DNA from: Catajapyx aquilonaris | Lineage: Eukaryota | Direction of reading: 5' to 3' | Assembly (NCBI GenBank): GCA_000934665.2 | Contig: KZ537973.1 | Coordinates: forward strand, 1-64,000 | Length of the DNA: 64,000 nt | In this document: in pieces, positions 24,001-36,500 of the stretch | Numbering within the stretch: position 1 is the stretch's first letter | Layout: every line of letters begins with the position of its first letter | Translations under genes and position numbers: made by a program | Notes under the pieces: model-generated | What the model was told of the DNA's origin: nothing | What the model saw: the letters and a program-made list of their open reading frames with translations, nothing else | Databases searched by the model: none

Positions 24001-26141
24001 CATTTTGTGGAGTCCCAAACGGTTCAGAAACAAATAGCTTGATGTCTTCTTGTGTAACATCTGCAATGATATTAATTGAAGAGTCGTAGATGGAAGTACA
24101 CTAGCTAGGCCTTTTTCAGACGGTCGAAATTTGAATTTTTCTACTACACATATTGACTTTCTTTTCAGAGTGCAAATTATTCCATTACCAACCTGCAAGA
24201 CTGCCAGGAATACTTGGTTGAACTGGGTCATAGAAAATGAGCCTGGTGTCCTCATTCAGATGGGTTAGGCCTTTGGATGTGGCTGCTGGCGGTCCATTTG
24301 ATTCAGAGAGAGACAAAATGTCTTCTACCAAACATTCTGTAATGATAGCATCATCAGTAAGGGTTTGACTGGGTAGCAGCTTTAGAAGAGTACAAATTTG
24401 TATTACGACCGGCACATAACATTCACAATAGGTGCATGGGCTGATAATGATCTGCATATACCTGCAAATGTTGGTAAGTTGAGAAGAGGCAAGGCATCTT
24501 CCTTGAGCTGTGCCTTGTCAGCCAGTGGATCATCTTCAAGCGGATCAGCAGGAATCACATGATCCTCCAGGAAGTGGCTTGAACAGATCTGGGCATATCC
24601 TGGCCTGAGGATGGCCTTCATCCACAGAAAGAGCTGCTTCGGGTCGGTTGGAAAAGAAAAGTAGTCTACTTGTGACTTGTGGCCATGATCCCGCTGTCCA
24701 AAGTGGCTGTTTGGACATGTGGACACGCAGCAGGTTTGGCCAACTGCGTGACACTTAACCCGTGTTGAGTATTCCTCTTCTGGCCACTGCACTAGCTGCC
24801 AAACACATTGATTATTATGGACAAGGATTAGCCAGGATGTCACTATTGACCAATATACATTACTGTATTAGCAAGTACCTGTGGTCTGAATTCTGAAGAA
24901 GTTCCAGCAGAAGATGTAGGATCTGGTGAGCCTTCTCCTATAATTAAAACTTTATCGAATTCTGGATGATTGGTCACACTCGGAACTGCAGGGTCGTTGT
25001 TTGTTGCTTCAACTCTCAACTTGAGAGATGGAGCAGCACCAGGTTTCAATATCCTCAAGGCAGGTAAGCCAAGCATCTCACTCTGCAAGTCTCTTTCATA
25101 GTCGTCAGATTGAAAATGCTCCGAACACATCAGTGCAGAATTGAGGTTCACTTTCTCAGGCTTGTCACATTTCATCACCCACTGTTTGCACACAATTGGA
25201 TCTTTTGGAAACCGGTGATAAAATATTTCAGTTCCAGACGTGTTGGCACCATTATTTTCACAACCAGCCACTGCACAAGACAAAGACATAGGCTCCCTGG
25301 AACAGAACTAAACAAGCACAATCACAACCAGTTACTGGCAATTCTTATTCAAGAGTAGCAATTAAGGGTGTTCTTATCGAGCAGTTCTAATGACCGTACA
25401 TTTCATATTTACATTGCCCTTTTTTTATAATTGAGAAAACAATTCACAACCATGTGATAGGTATACATTTGTGTACCGGTTTTAATAACCAGCCTAAACG
25501 GAGAGGGGTGTTTACAATAAATTAATGAATGAGTGTCTAGTAACACAGTACTGAACAGGCTACTATTAGCATAAAATACCTGTGTTTGTCCAGCTGGATA
25601 AATTCTCCCAGGTGAATCATACGCATTCGGAACAACTGCTAAGTACACAACTTGCTCCTCGTCGGCAGTGTTTGTCGTTCTGTGAACAACACAGTTGTGG
25701 GTTGGTGCACCTACAGGCAACTTCTGTGATGGAACCACATCACATTTCAATGTCCTTTTGCATGGTGTCCCTTGCAACTCATGCATTACCAGTACCATCA
25801 CATCATAGTCTTCCGGAAGAAAATGCTCCGAACAAATCCGGGAATACTTATTAACTTTGGCAGTCGTGTTGCACGCTGCCACCCACTGGTTGAACATAAT
25901 CGGATCGCTTGGAAATTTGTGATAAGTGATGTCGGTTCCAACTCTCCTGAAGGAAGCATTTTTGCAAGTGCTCACTGCGCACACTGCTGAAGACGGCATC
26001 GTCTTGTTGATCCACAACTATGTACGCACACTCTGCTTATTACACCTCATGACTCCAGAAACAACCCTCACCTGTAATGTAAACCAAATTAGAATCTCGC
26101 TATTTGATTTTACAAGTTAACAAATGCCCAACTCACCTCAT
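21097..26141 (-). CDS. Multi-THAP modular protein (gene B): alternative THAP1/THAP2 exons, atypical THAP3, repeated low-complexity modules and a two-finger stub
   Basis: Leader exon ATGAG|GT (26141-26137). Then either THAP1 (ATG 25999, donor 25580) or THAP2 (25296-24879); THAP3 24795-24462; then 24336-24193, 24060-23871, 23758-23519, 23404-23187, 22977-22848, 22677-22151 and 21263-21097 (TAA). All GT-AG with consistent phases. Confidence 0.7.
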
Positions 26142-26159
26142 TTAAAAGCCAAAAGACAA

Positions 26160-26320
26160 TAAACAGACGCCATCTTGCAAATATCGGGTGCGTTCGAGTC
26201 GATGTCAAACTGTTCATAATGTTATCGATATTTTTAAAACGATTTTAAACTCATCAGTATCGATATTTTTGAAGACGTATGTGAAAGCAGCGATCCGAAT
26301 GCTGCCAAAGATGGCGTCGA
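26160..26320. promoter_or_regulatory. Candidate bidirectional promoter between genes B and D with two DRE elements
   Basis: TATCGATA at 26223-26230 and 26258-26265, flanked by outward-facing AAGATGGCGTC motifs (minus at about 26166-26176, plus at about 26308-26318). Confidence 0.6.
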
Positions 26321-26525
26321 TTGTCTTATCTCGTGCTTATCGTCCTGTTCAGGGCGTTTGGAGCACTTTGTGACCCGCTCGTGTCGTCCCCGGGAACCCC
26401 AGCAGATCACAGAGTGAGTAGAGCAAGTGCTGTTGCCAACATTTGTGCCACGATCACAGTTTGGGGGGGTAATGGCCGAAATTATTTACTTTTGGTAGTA
26501 GACCACAAGTGCCTGGAGCTTCAAG

Positions 26526-29500
26526 ATGCCTGCCCCGACTGGACCGACATGCTGCGTGGCCATGTGCCCTAACAGCCACTTCGGACCGCATGGAGGTGGT
26601 GGACAGCAGAGGTCAGCTGTGACCTACTTCACCTTCCCGTCAGACCCGATCATGAGGCTGCACTGGATGCAGGCCATTCTTGAGCCCAGTTTTGCTCATG
26701 TCTGCTCACGTCACTTTCTGGACGCATACCTAGTACCGCCTGACCCGTTGGATACAGACCTGTCTGTTCGAGGTACACTGTGGACGCTCAGGAAAGATGC
26801 TCTTCCTTTGCTCAACCTTCCGACATCACCCCCAGGTATGCCTGAAGACTCAGGTTGAGCAAAGCTTGGCAATTATAACAATTTCGTTCCATTGCATTCT
26901 TGAATTAGTTGTTTCATCTGTAATATGTGGGAGCACCCTACAACCCTACAGCCCAGTGTTCGAAATTGGGATACATAGGCAGGTCGCCAGTGGCACCTGA
27001 TATGTATAGCATGGTCGCCAAAACTGTATGTCTAGTCGCCATTATTTTATTTTATTATATATCATTACTGTACCATAGCACGAAATACGAAATCGCCGAT
27101 AGTTATAGTGTACAGCGTTAATATGCTTCACAATTCAGAAGCATATTTTAGTATTTTACCAACTGCTTCTTTTTAGACACGGAACTGCAATAATAGCCTA
27201 CACAAATCACATCAATGATGGATTCACTTTGTTCCTCGGTGTCGATTTTATGCTGGCAGACTCCTCTTCTTCCTCGTCAGCTGGTTTGCTGACTTTGGCA
27301 ATGCTACTGCCCACAAAAAAATCGGAAATCTTTCGTTTTGCCATTTTCCTCGGGAGAACACTTCACGAGTCCGATCCGCCTCTCTTGCCGACTGCGACTC
27401 GAAATCAGTCGAAAGACTATAACTAAGACTATTTCGAAACTTCTCTCTCCCCCGTCCCCCCTCCCCCTCAACCCTCAAGGCCTCAATGCACTCAGGACTT
27501 ATACCGGTCATAGAACTTGGATCTTCTTCACCACACCTTCCCTGTTCCCTCCACCCTCCTCCTAATTAGGTCCATCCTGCCCCGCTTTCCCCTCCTCTAC
27601 ATCTGGCTGTGACCCCGCGCAGCCGAGTCCTTCCTGCTATCCTGCAACCTTGTTTACCCCAACTTGGAACTTGAACTTGACCCCCGGAGTGAGGACCCCA
27701 ATAAATACCAGGCGCGCTTCATGATAATAAGCCACCAACAGAATCAGCACTGCAGGAACGAAATTGAAAATACAAGGCAGAAATACAGTATTGGGAGGGA
27801 AAGCTAGTCGCCAAAGTGGCGACTAGCCATCTTTATTCAGTCGCCAATGGATAACCTAAAGTCGCGAAATGCAACTGGCGACCGGTTAATTTCGAACCCT
27901 GCTACAGCCTACAACAAAATAGTGACGAACAACCAATGAAAACATTAGGACCAAATTGCTGCTACAAAAGCAGAACGGATGAAAGCTGAAAATTTAAATA
28001 CCACTTAATGGGTCACTAACATATATTACATAGCGTCTGCACTCCAATTCATCATAACTAAGAAAATCACCACAACAAATGCAACATGATAAATGTTTTA
28101 CAAATTCAATCATTGGAAAAAGAAAAAGAAAATTCTATAAATTGGAATGGATTGCAGGTGGAATGGTATTGTTGTATATACCTGAAATTAAACCTGTTGT
28201 CTTTAAACACTATAACTAATGATGGGATTAATTTCAGCCCAGCCAGCTGAGGATATTACGTCAGCTTTCGAGTTTAGGGAGCACTCACTGTCAGAGGACT
28301 CATCCAGTACAGTTCCATCTCAACGTAATGAAAGAAACAAGTTTGTTTCATGTAATACAGCCCAATCAGGTATGACTGATGTGCAGCCAGAGGACAGAAA
28401 GCTGTTGATGTCTCGGCCACAAGGATTAACTGAAAACCAAAAATCACAAGCGGCATCAGACATGTCGCCTCCCACAACTAGTACTCCCATGAAGGAAATC
28501 GGGAAGCAAAAAGAGAAATTTAAAGGAAACTACTGGTAGGGATCTATTTTATTACATAATGTTGTGGTGGCCTTTCAGCTACTCTTTAATTATTGATTTC
28601 ATTGTAATTTTGTCTGTTGAGGTTAAAAATGCCGTATTACCTCTCATGAAGTGGCATACCTGTGTAGTCGAGGTCAACCAGTTTATAGAAATGCATTATC
28701 TGGTGACTATACCGGCGGGGTGTAAGGCGAGGTTTTCACATAAGTTACATTATTCTTTCCTAACTTGACATTTGCCTGAAAATAAAAATTCACGTAAAGG
28801 CACATTTTCCAAATAGGGTACCCATACCATATATTGTTTTCAATTGCAGTGTCTGGCAATAATCTCGGGGAATATTTACAACTTTGTGCAAGATTATATT
28901 TTGATAGTTCGTAATAATATTTATGATCACCATAATTTCTTTCAGTCATAAGAAGGCCCCAGTTATCAATGAGGCCTCATCATCAGAGTATCCTACCTTA
29001 TCACTGGAGGAAGTCAACAATGCAGCTCAAGGAGGAGGAGAAGAAATGGGATCAGCTCTAAGATTGCTCCTCTCTGACGAAAATCCACAAGCGTTGCACT
29101 CGCAACAATGCAGCAGTGACCAGTTGACCTTTCCCAAGAAAGAGGCTGATTCCCACAGTGACAATGTGTGCGGGTACAGTAGCAATGATGACCCAGGTGC
29201 TGATTGGATGATCGAGTCAGAAATAAGTCTTGTAATGTGTGATAGCTGTGGGACAGAATTTGCAAGTATGGAAAACCTGTCAGCTCATGTATCCCTCGTG
29301 CATAGTGGACCATTTGTATGTGAACACTGCGGGAAGGTGTTTGCAACTGAGCAAACATTAAATGCGCATGTGCACAGTGCTTGTCCCCTGCGGAAGCATT
29401 ACAACTGTGACACATGCGGGAAGACATTCACTGCCAAAACAAGCATAGAAGCACACCAAAGGCTGCACACAGGGGAAAAGCCATACATGTGTGATGCATG

Positions 29501-30317
29501 CGGATATGCATTTGTTACTCGCACACAATTAAAAACCCATCAAAGACACCACACTGGAGAGAGGCCATTTGTATGTGAAACATGCGGGAAATCATTCGGA
29601 TGCAAGGGCACGCTCAAGATTCATAACCGTGTCCATACCGGAGAGAAGAATTACAAGTGTGAGATTTGCTACAAGTCTTATCGCAACAGTGGAGCTTTGG
29701 CCTTGCATCGCAAAAAACACACTGGAGAAAACCCATACAAGTGTGACTTTTGCAGCAAGACATTTGCTTCAAACAGTGCTTACCATTCACACCGCAAAAC
29801 TCACACTGAAGAAAGCCCCTTTAAATGCACTTCTTGTGGGAAATCATTCAGGTCCAAAGACAGACTGAAGCAACACATCCACACCCACACTGGAGATCTG
29901 CCCTATGATTGCGAAGGGTGCGGGAAGAAGTACAGCAACAGGGCGGCACTGGCAGCCCACAAAAAGGTGCACACAGAAGAGACGACGCCACACAAATGCG
30001 ACACATGTGGGAAGAGCTTTTCCACAGGACAATCCCTGAGGATACATCAGCGCACTCACACCGGAGAAAAGCCGTGCAAGTGCCCCGAATGTGGGAGAAT
30101 GTTCCGCACTCTTGCCCACGTAAGCGCTCACATGACCACCCACACCGGGGAACAGCCGCACAAGTGTGACACATGCGGGAAGAGGTTCAGCAAGAAGGTA
30201 AATTTGCGTACTCACGAGAGAGTGCACACAGGTGAGAAACCGTTCGAGTGCGACACGTGCGGTAAGCAATTTACTACAAAGTCAAATCTTGGGAAGCATA
30301 AAAAGCTTCACATGTAG
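26526..30317 (+). CDS. THAP-domain plus 13 zinc-finger protein (gene D), about 659 aa, 3 coding exons
   Basis: Exons 26526-26835 (atypical THAP: CCVAMC..FP..W..CSRHF..ALP), 28238-28535 and 28946-30317; phases 1,2; total 1980 nt. Twelve C2H2 fingers plus one C2HC. AATAAA at about 30423. Confidence 0.85.
26954..27901. mobile_element. Non-autonomous hAT-type DNA transposon in intron 1 of gene D
   Basis: TIRs CAGTGTTCGAAATT / AATTTCGAACCCTG; perfect 8-bp TSD CTACAGCC (26946-26953 and 27902-27909); subterminal GTCGCCA repeats at both ends. Confidence 0.9.
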
Positions 30318-30479
30318 GGATCTGTCAAATGTATCCATATTTATTTTATTTTATTGATTTATGTACGCTATGGAGTGACTTTAATGTGCCCTACTGCAAC
30401 AATTTGGTATTTGTTACCAAAAAATAAAGATTTTGTATGACACACCATTGTCTAATTATTATTAGAATGCTATTGAAAT

Positions 30480-30590
30480 ATCGATGCGGAGTTCACAATT
30501 ATCGATTCGGCAAGTGCAAATATCGATATTATGAACAGTTCGACGGATGTCAACCCGAATGCACCCGAGAAGATATGCAAGATGGCGTCT
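30480..30590 (+). promoter_or_regulatory. Promoter of gene C, an inverted copy of the gene B promoter
   Basis: TATCGATA at 30521-30528 and CAAGATGGCGTC at about 30578; reverse-complement similarity to 26165-26230. Confidence 0.55.
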
Positions 30591-33500
30591 GTCTGTCAAC
30601 CACGCTGACAATAGTGGCTTTGAGGTGAGTTTGGCTGCCTCGTGGTCTGGTTTTTCTTGGTTAAAATAATACAGTGTACTTGTTCACAGCACTGCCAGAG
30701 CATTTTCTCTTCCGGAGGACTGGGATAGTAATGAACGAGTTGCTAGGCATGCCGTCCAAAAAGGAATCCCAAGGTAAGAAGTTGGCTGTTGGAACACCAA
30801 GCCGCAACCCTGCAGTGCTGAAGGTGACCAACACTGCTGAGGTTGAGAAAGTTGTGCACTTAGCAGTTGTTCATGCAGATGACGATACGCCTACTGTGGG
30901 ATCAGGCGCACGACCACAGGTATTTAACGCGTCTGTCATGAACCAGTTTTCTATTAGAAACAAAGGGGCATCCTATTAAATAATATACAGGCAGTCATTA
31001 GAACTGTGCAATGAATATTGACCACCAGTTGTGATTGTGCTTGTTTAGTTCTGTTCCAGCGAGCCTGTGTCTTGTGCAGTGGCTGGTTGTGACAATAATG
31101 GTGATAAAACGATCGGAACAACAGATATATTTTATCACCGATTTCCAAAAGATCCAATTGTGTGCAGACAGTGGGTGGTGAGATGTGACAAGCCTGAGAA
31201 AGTGAACCTCAATAGTGCAGTGATTTGTTCGCAGCATTTTCATCTTAACGACTATGAACGAGACTTGCAGAGTGAGATGCTTCGTGTACCTACCTTGAGG
31301 ATATTGAAACCTGGTGCTGTTCCATCTCTCAAGTTGAGGGTTGAAGCAACGAACAATGACCCTGTAGTTCCGAGTGTGACCAATTATCTACAATTTGATA
31401 AAGTTTTGATTGTACGGGAAGGTTCACCAGCTTCTGCTGGGATTTCTTCAGAATTCAGACCACAGGTACTTGCTAATGTGTAATACTCGCTAATACAGTC
31501 ATGTATGTTGGCCAGTAGGGTCATCAGGTTGATTGGTCCTTAACTAATCCTTGACCACAATCATTGGAATGCAAGAGACATAACATTTATGTTTGGCAGC
31601 TGGTGCAGTGGCCAGAAGAGGAATACTCAACACGGGTTAAGTCTCGCTCAGTTGGCCAAACCTGCTGCGTGTCCACATGTCCAAACAGCCACTTTGGACA
31701 GCATGGTCATGGCCACGAGACACATGTAGACTACTTCTCTTTTCCGACCGACCCAGAGCGGCTCTTTCTGTGGATGAAGGCCATCCTCAGGCCAGGGTAC
31801 GCCCAGATCTGCTCAAGCCACTTCCTTGGTGAACATTTGATTCCTGCTGATCCCATTGAAGATGGTTCACTGGCTGACAAGGCACAGCTCAAGGAAGACG
31901 CCTTGCCTCTTCTCAACTTGCCTACATTTGCAGGTATACATACAGGATGTTAGAAAAATGTCCCGATTGGGAATGCTACCAACCTTTTGTAATGGATGAA
32001 AATTGCATGACATTGTCAAAATTTTCTAGACTGCAGATAAAAAATACCAACACATGCGACATAAAATGAATTATGGCGTGTAAGTTTTAGCTGTGGATAA
32101 TGAAATCTTGTGTAAATATCTTACTGATACATCATGAACTCTCCTAAAGATGTTACCCATGAAAACCCCCAACTGATGATGCTATATCATTGCAGAATGT
32201 TTGGTGGAAGACATTTTGTCTCTCTCCGCTTCAAATGGACCATCAGCAACCTCATCTGAATGCTCAACTCACCTGAATGAGGACACCAAGCTCATTTTCT
32301 ACGAGCCAGTTGAAGCAAGTAGTCCTGGCAGTCCTATAGGTTGGTAATGAAATAATGTGCACTCTTAAAACATTGACAGTGAGAACAGGAATATCATGTG
32401 TATTGTTGGGTTAATAACGGCTGCTCCCTTTTATGCACATGTGGGGTAGTAGAAAAGTTCAAATTCCTACCACATGAAAAAGGCTTAGCTCCTTCCATCT
32501 ACGAGACTTAAAGGAATTTCATTGTAGATGTTACGGAAGAAGACATCAAGCCATTTGCTTCTGAACCAGTTGAGACCCATGATTCACAAGTTACTGAAAA
32601 CATGTCACCAAGTCCTACTGGTACTTTCACAGAAGCAGTTGGGATGGAGAATGAATTGTTGGAGAACTTGAAGATAAACTTCAGGTCTGTAAGGTGACAA
32701 TAATTGTGGGAATTGACCATCGTTGCACTTCTGCAGTCTGTACATGATCAGCGAGTAATATTTACTAATCAATATCCTTGGGATTGCAGTTGTAAGAAGA
32801 GACACACTGGGGAAAAAGAGACCCCACCGACAACAATGCCTGCCTTGTCTTTGGGAGAAATCAAACGTGAAGTGGAGGAGTTGGATGCAGAAGTGGAGTT
32901 GCATCCCACTCCTTTTGTGCCTGCCAATCTTGAAAATTTTGACTCTAAACATCTAGCACCTAGAACAGTACACAGTCCTTTTACAGAAGCAGTTGGGCAA
33001 CAAAATGAATTTTTGGTCAACTTACAAGGAAACATTTCTTCTAAAAGGTTATGATATTGCATGAACCATTTAGTACTCTGTGCATGATCAATAAAAAGAG
33101 TAACATATGCAATGATTGTGATTGTTTCTTGCAGTTATAAGAAGAGCCACAATGGGGAAGAGACCTCATCGACAACAATGCATACTTTGTCTTTGGAGGA
33201 GGTCAATAGAGCAGCTGAACAGTTACAAGAAGAAATGGAGTTGGATCCGTCCCTGCCTGCCAGCATCGAAAATATTGACTCCACGCTTACACCAGTAACA
33301 GCTGACACGTACTCTGGTGATGATGATTGTATGAAAAATCATGGTAATGATTAAAATGATATTAGATTTATAATTGAGCTGACATGCCATATAATTTTGT
33401 GGAGATTTTTCTGATTCTCACCTCCTTGAACTTAACTACAAGTTTATTAATGCTGTTATAGTCCTTTGCAAAACATACGGACATTGTTTCGGACTTCAAT

Positions 33501-36500
33501 TTCTAATTTTTGTTTTTAGTGATGCAGGGATAATAATAATCTGCACCCAAATAATCTTAGGTTCACTGTAAATGCGTTCAGAGGAAAGCACAACTGCATT
33601 ACCGTATTGATCGAGTATATACACATGCAATTAAGATATTTTCTGCCGTAAATTGTGGTTGGATGAAATAGTATCAGTGTGGCATTTCTATGGGTTTTGC
33701 ATCGATCTGTCGTTCCAGTTGCAGTCATACCTAGAGCATTGAGCATAGTGATTATAAACATTATCAATTTCAGAATTGCAAGGAGAGAATAAGAGACCTC
33801 AAACAATTTCCGAGCCAAGTGAAATTACAGCAACTGAATCAACTGAGATGCGGATGTCAACAATGGCTCCGTCCCAGCCGACAAGGCCAATCAGAACCGC
33901 CTCGAGGTGAGTCAGGAAGAAAAATGTAGCTTCAGGCAAAGTGACAGGATCATCATGTGGTGTTGGCACCGTAAGGTTGGTGTGCAAGGTCACTGTGCTG
34001 TTTCTGCCATTTTTGCACACCAAAATGAATTGGTGTGAATTGAAACAAAGAAGAACGTGGGAAACATACAAGTCTGTGGCATGTAAACCATTGAGAAGGC
34101 AAGGACTACAATGAGCAAATTTTGATAATCTGAAGTGTGGTTCTTTTGTGATCTGCAGAGCAAGCCATGTTTTAGCTTTAGGAGGTTAACCTCTACACAC
34201 AGTTTTTTCAAACTCTTGCAGATTATTAATGCCGAGGGCTCCCATTGATGAAGAGGAAGCCTCACCAACAACAATTCCTGCCTTGCCTTTGGAAAAGATC
34301 AATGAAGCAGCCCAACAAGAAGAACAAGGAATGTTGGACAATCCACTTCCTTCCCTCCCTGTTAGCGTCAATAGTTTTCATTCCACACCTGTAACTCTGG
34401 TGGCAGGTGACACGTCCTTTGATAGGGACAGTAGGCGCATTCTGAAGAACGACAGGGCTTCTGGTGTTGATAAGATCAGGTTAAAAGTGAGGCCACACAT
34501 AAGCAGTTATCTTAGAAAAATATTTGGAAGGAAAACAAAGCTATCAATTCATGTGGATGTGATGTATGGTCAACTGAGATGTGGCAAATGCAAAAAGGAA
34601 TTTAGAGATGAACACAAGTTTCTGAATCACTTAAGCAATGGTTGTAAGATTAAGCAGTATGGAAGGCCTGCAATTCAAGGGAAATTCTGCAGAAGGGATG
34701 AGAGTTCGCAAGAGGAAGGAGAATTGTCCCCAAGTGGGGAAGGAAAGAGAAGTAAGGCATTTCCATATCTTCATGAAATTGTGACTTGACTGATGCAGAG
34801 AGTCATTTCATGTGTCTCAGTGAAGCTTGTAGTTTTTTTTAAATGTTTCTCTAAAAGTGCATGTTGTATGATTAGTATTAGTATTAGTGGTGATTCTAAT
34901 GCCCTCTCCCACCATCCTTCCCATCTGCAAAGTGGAATGATGTACACATACTTATTCAAGAAACACGTGACTGAATCCTTGTGTTGCATCATAGCATGGT
35001 TAATTTGAAGAAGTAAAAATATTTTCGTAAGTCTGATAATAATGTACTTTTCAGGCTCTTCAAGTCAAACCAGTCAGTGTCGCGATTGTGCATTATTTTG
35101 CCTTAGACCTTGCATGAATATACATGATCTGTGCTAGCCACAGTAAATGATACCAGAATTTGAAAGGGCATTGTTAGTTCTGACTGCCTTCTGGACAGAC
35201 GTGTATTCCATTCTTGAATAAATTTCCTGCATTATTATCATTCCTGACCTTGTCTGTTATTCTGCCTTAACGTGAACCACTACATTATTGTAATTTCAGA
35301 ATCTCCACTGGTGCAGAGTCTTTCATCAACTTCTGAGCCAAATGAACTGCCTGCCGATCAATCGGCTGATGTACAAGAGGGTGCACCCGTGCTGCTGAAA
35401 CCCACCAGAACTTACATGAAGAGAGCCAAGGAGGACAATGGAGTGATTAAAAAACTGAAAGTGTACTCCAGGTGCGTTATCTCATGGCAAGTTGCTGGGG
35501 CACAAGTAGACCCCCTGACCTCATTTTGGTCAGCTGTGACATATTTCCTCGAGCAGGCTGGCAGCTCACCATTATACTGCCCTTAGCATCTTTACATTGT
35601 CAACATACAAGAGAAACTCACTAAGGGCTAGTTGTAGGAGCATGAGTTAAGGTTAACCCTGGAGTTAGCTCTTGTTTACAGATAGACTAACTTTGTAGTT
35701 GGTCCTAACTCATGTTCCTGCAGCCTGACCTAGTCCAATTTTGGCAGGTTTTTATTTTTTTTATACCACTAAAGTAAGTCAGGGAGCATCTGCTGCAGAA
35801 AAATGTCAGCTCTCAAACAGTCAAAGAAATTTGTTATTTATTTTTGTCAACAATACTCTCAGTAATGATAACAAACTTTTCTGGCTCCTTTTCGGCTGAC
35901 ATTTTTTGGGAGCCGATGCAACCTTAATGTCTTTCTCCTGTATGGGTATAGCTCTTAAAGGGGACACCCAGATGTGTGTGTTACGATGCAGGAATTAGAA
36001 TTGTCTGATCTCTCCCGAACAAAACATGTCACCAACCAGTGGTTTCACAGCTAATCAGTTGGGATGAAAAATGAATTGTTGGAGAACTTGCAGAGAAACT
36101 TCAGGTCTATAAGGTGATTTTGCCTGTAGTGACCATTGTTGCACTTTTGCTGTCAATACTCTGTCCATTATTAATGGTGAGTAATTTTTACTAATCCATA
36201 TGATTTGAATTATTTCTCGCAGTTGTAAGAAGAGGCGCACCTCCCTGACAATAATGCCTGCCTTGTCTTTGGGAGACGTCAACTGCGAAAAAGTGGTGTC
36301 AGATGCGACTCCTTTCCTGCCTGTCAATACTGAATATTGTGACTCTGAACCTTTAACACCTGTGACAGTTGAGAGTACTTTTGCAGAAGCAGTTGGGATG
36401 GAAAATGAATCGATGGGAAACTTACAAGGCAACATTACATCTGAAAGGTGATGATATTGCATGAATTTACAATTTAGTAGGGCAGATTGGGGTCGGTTGT

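Noticed and set aside
24403..26017. THAP ORFs as P-element transposase genes
   Set aside because: No catalytic transposase domain or TIRs follow; they splice into host-type linker and finger exons.
36015..36113. Partial copy of the 32528-32693 exon
   Set aside because: The 5' part and a clear acceptor are missing; treated as a duplication-breakpoint remnant and left out of the gene C model.
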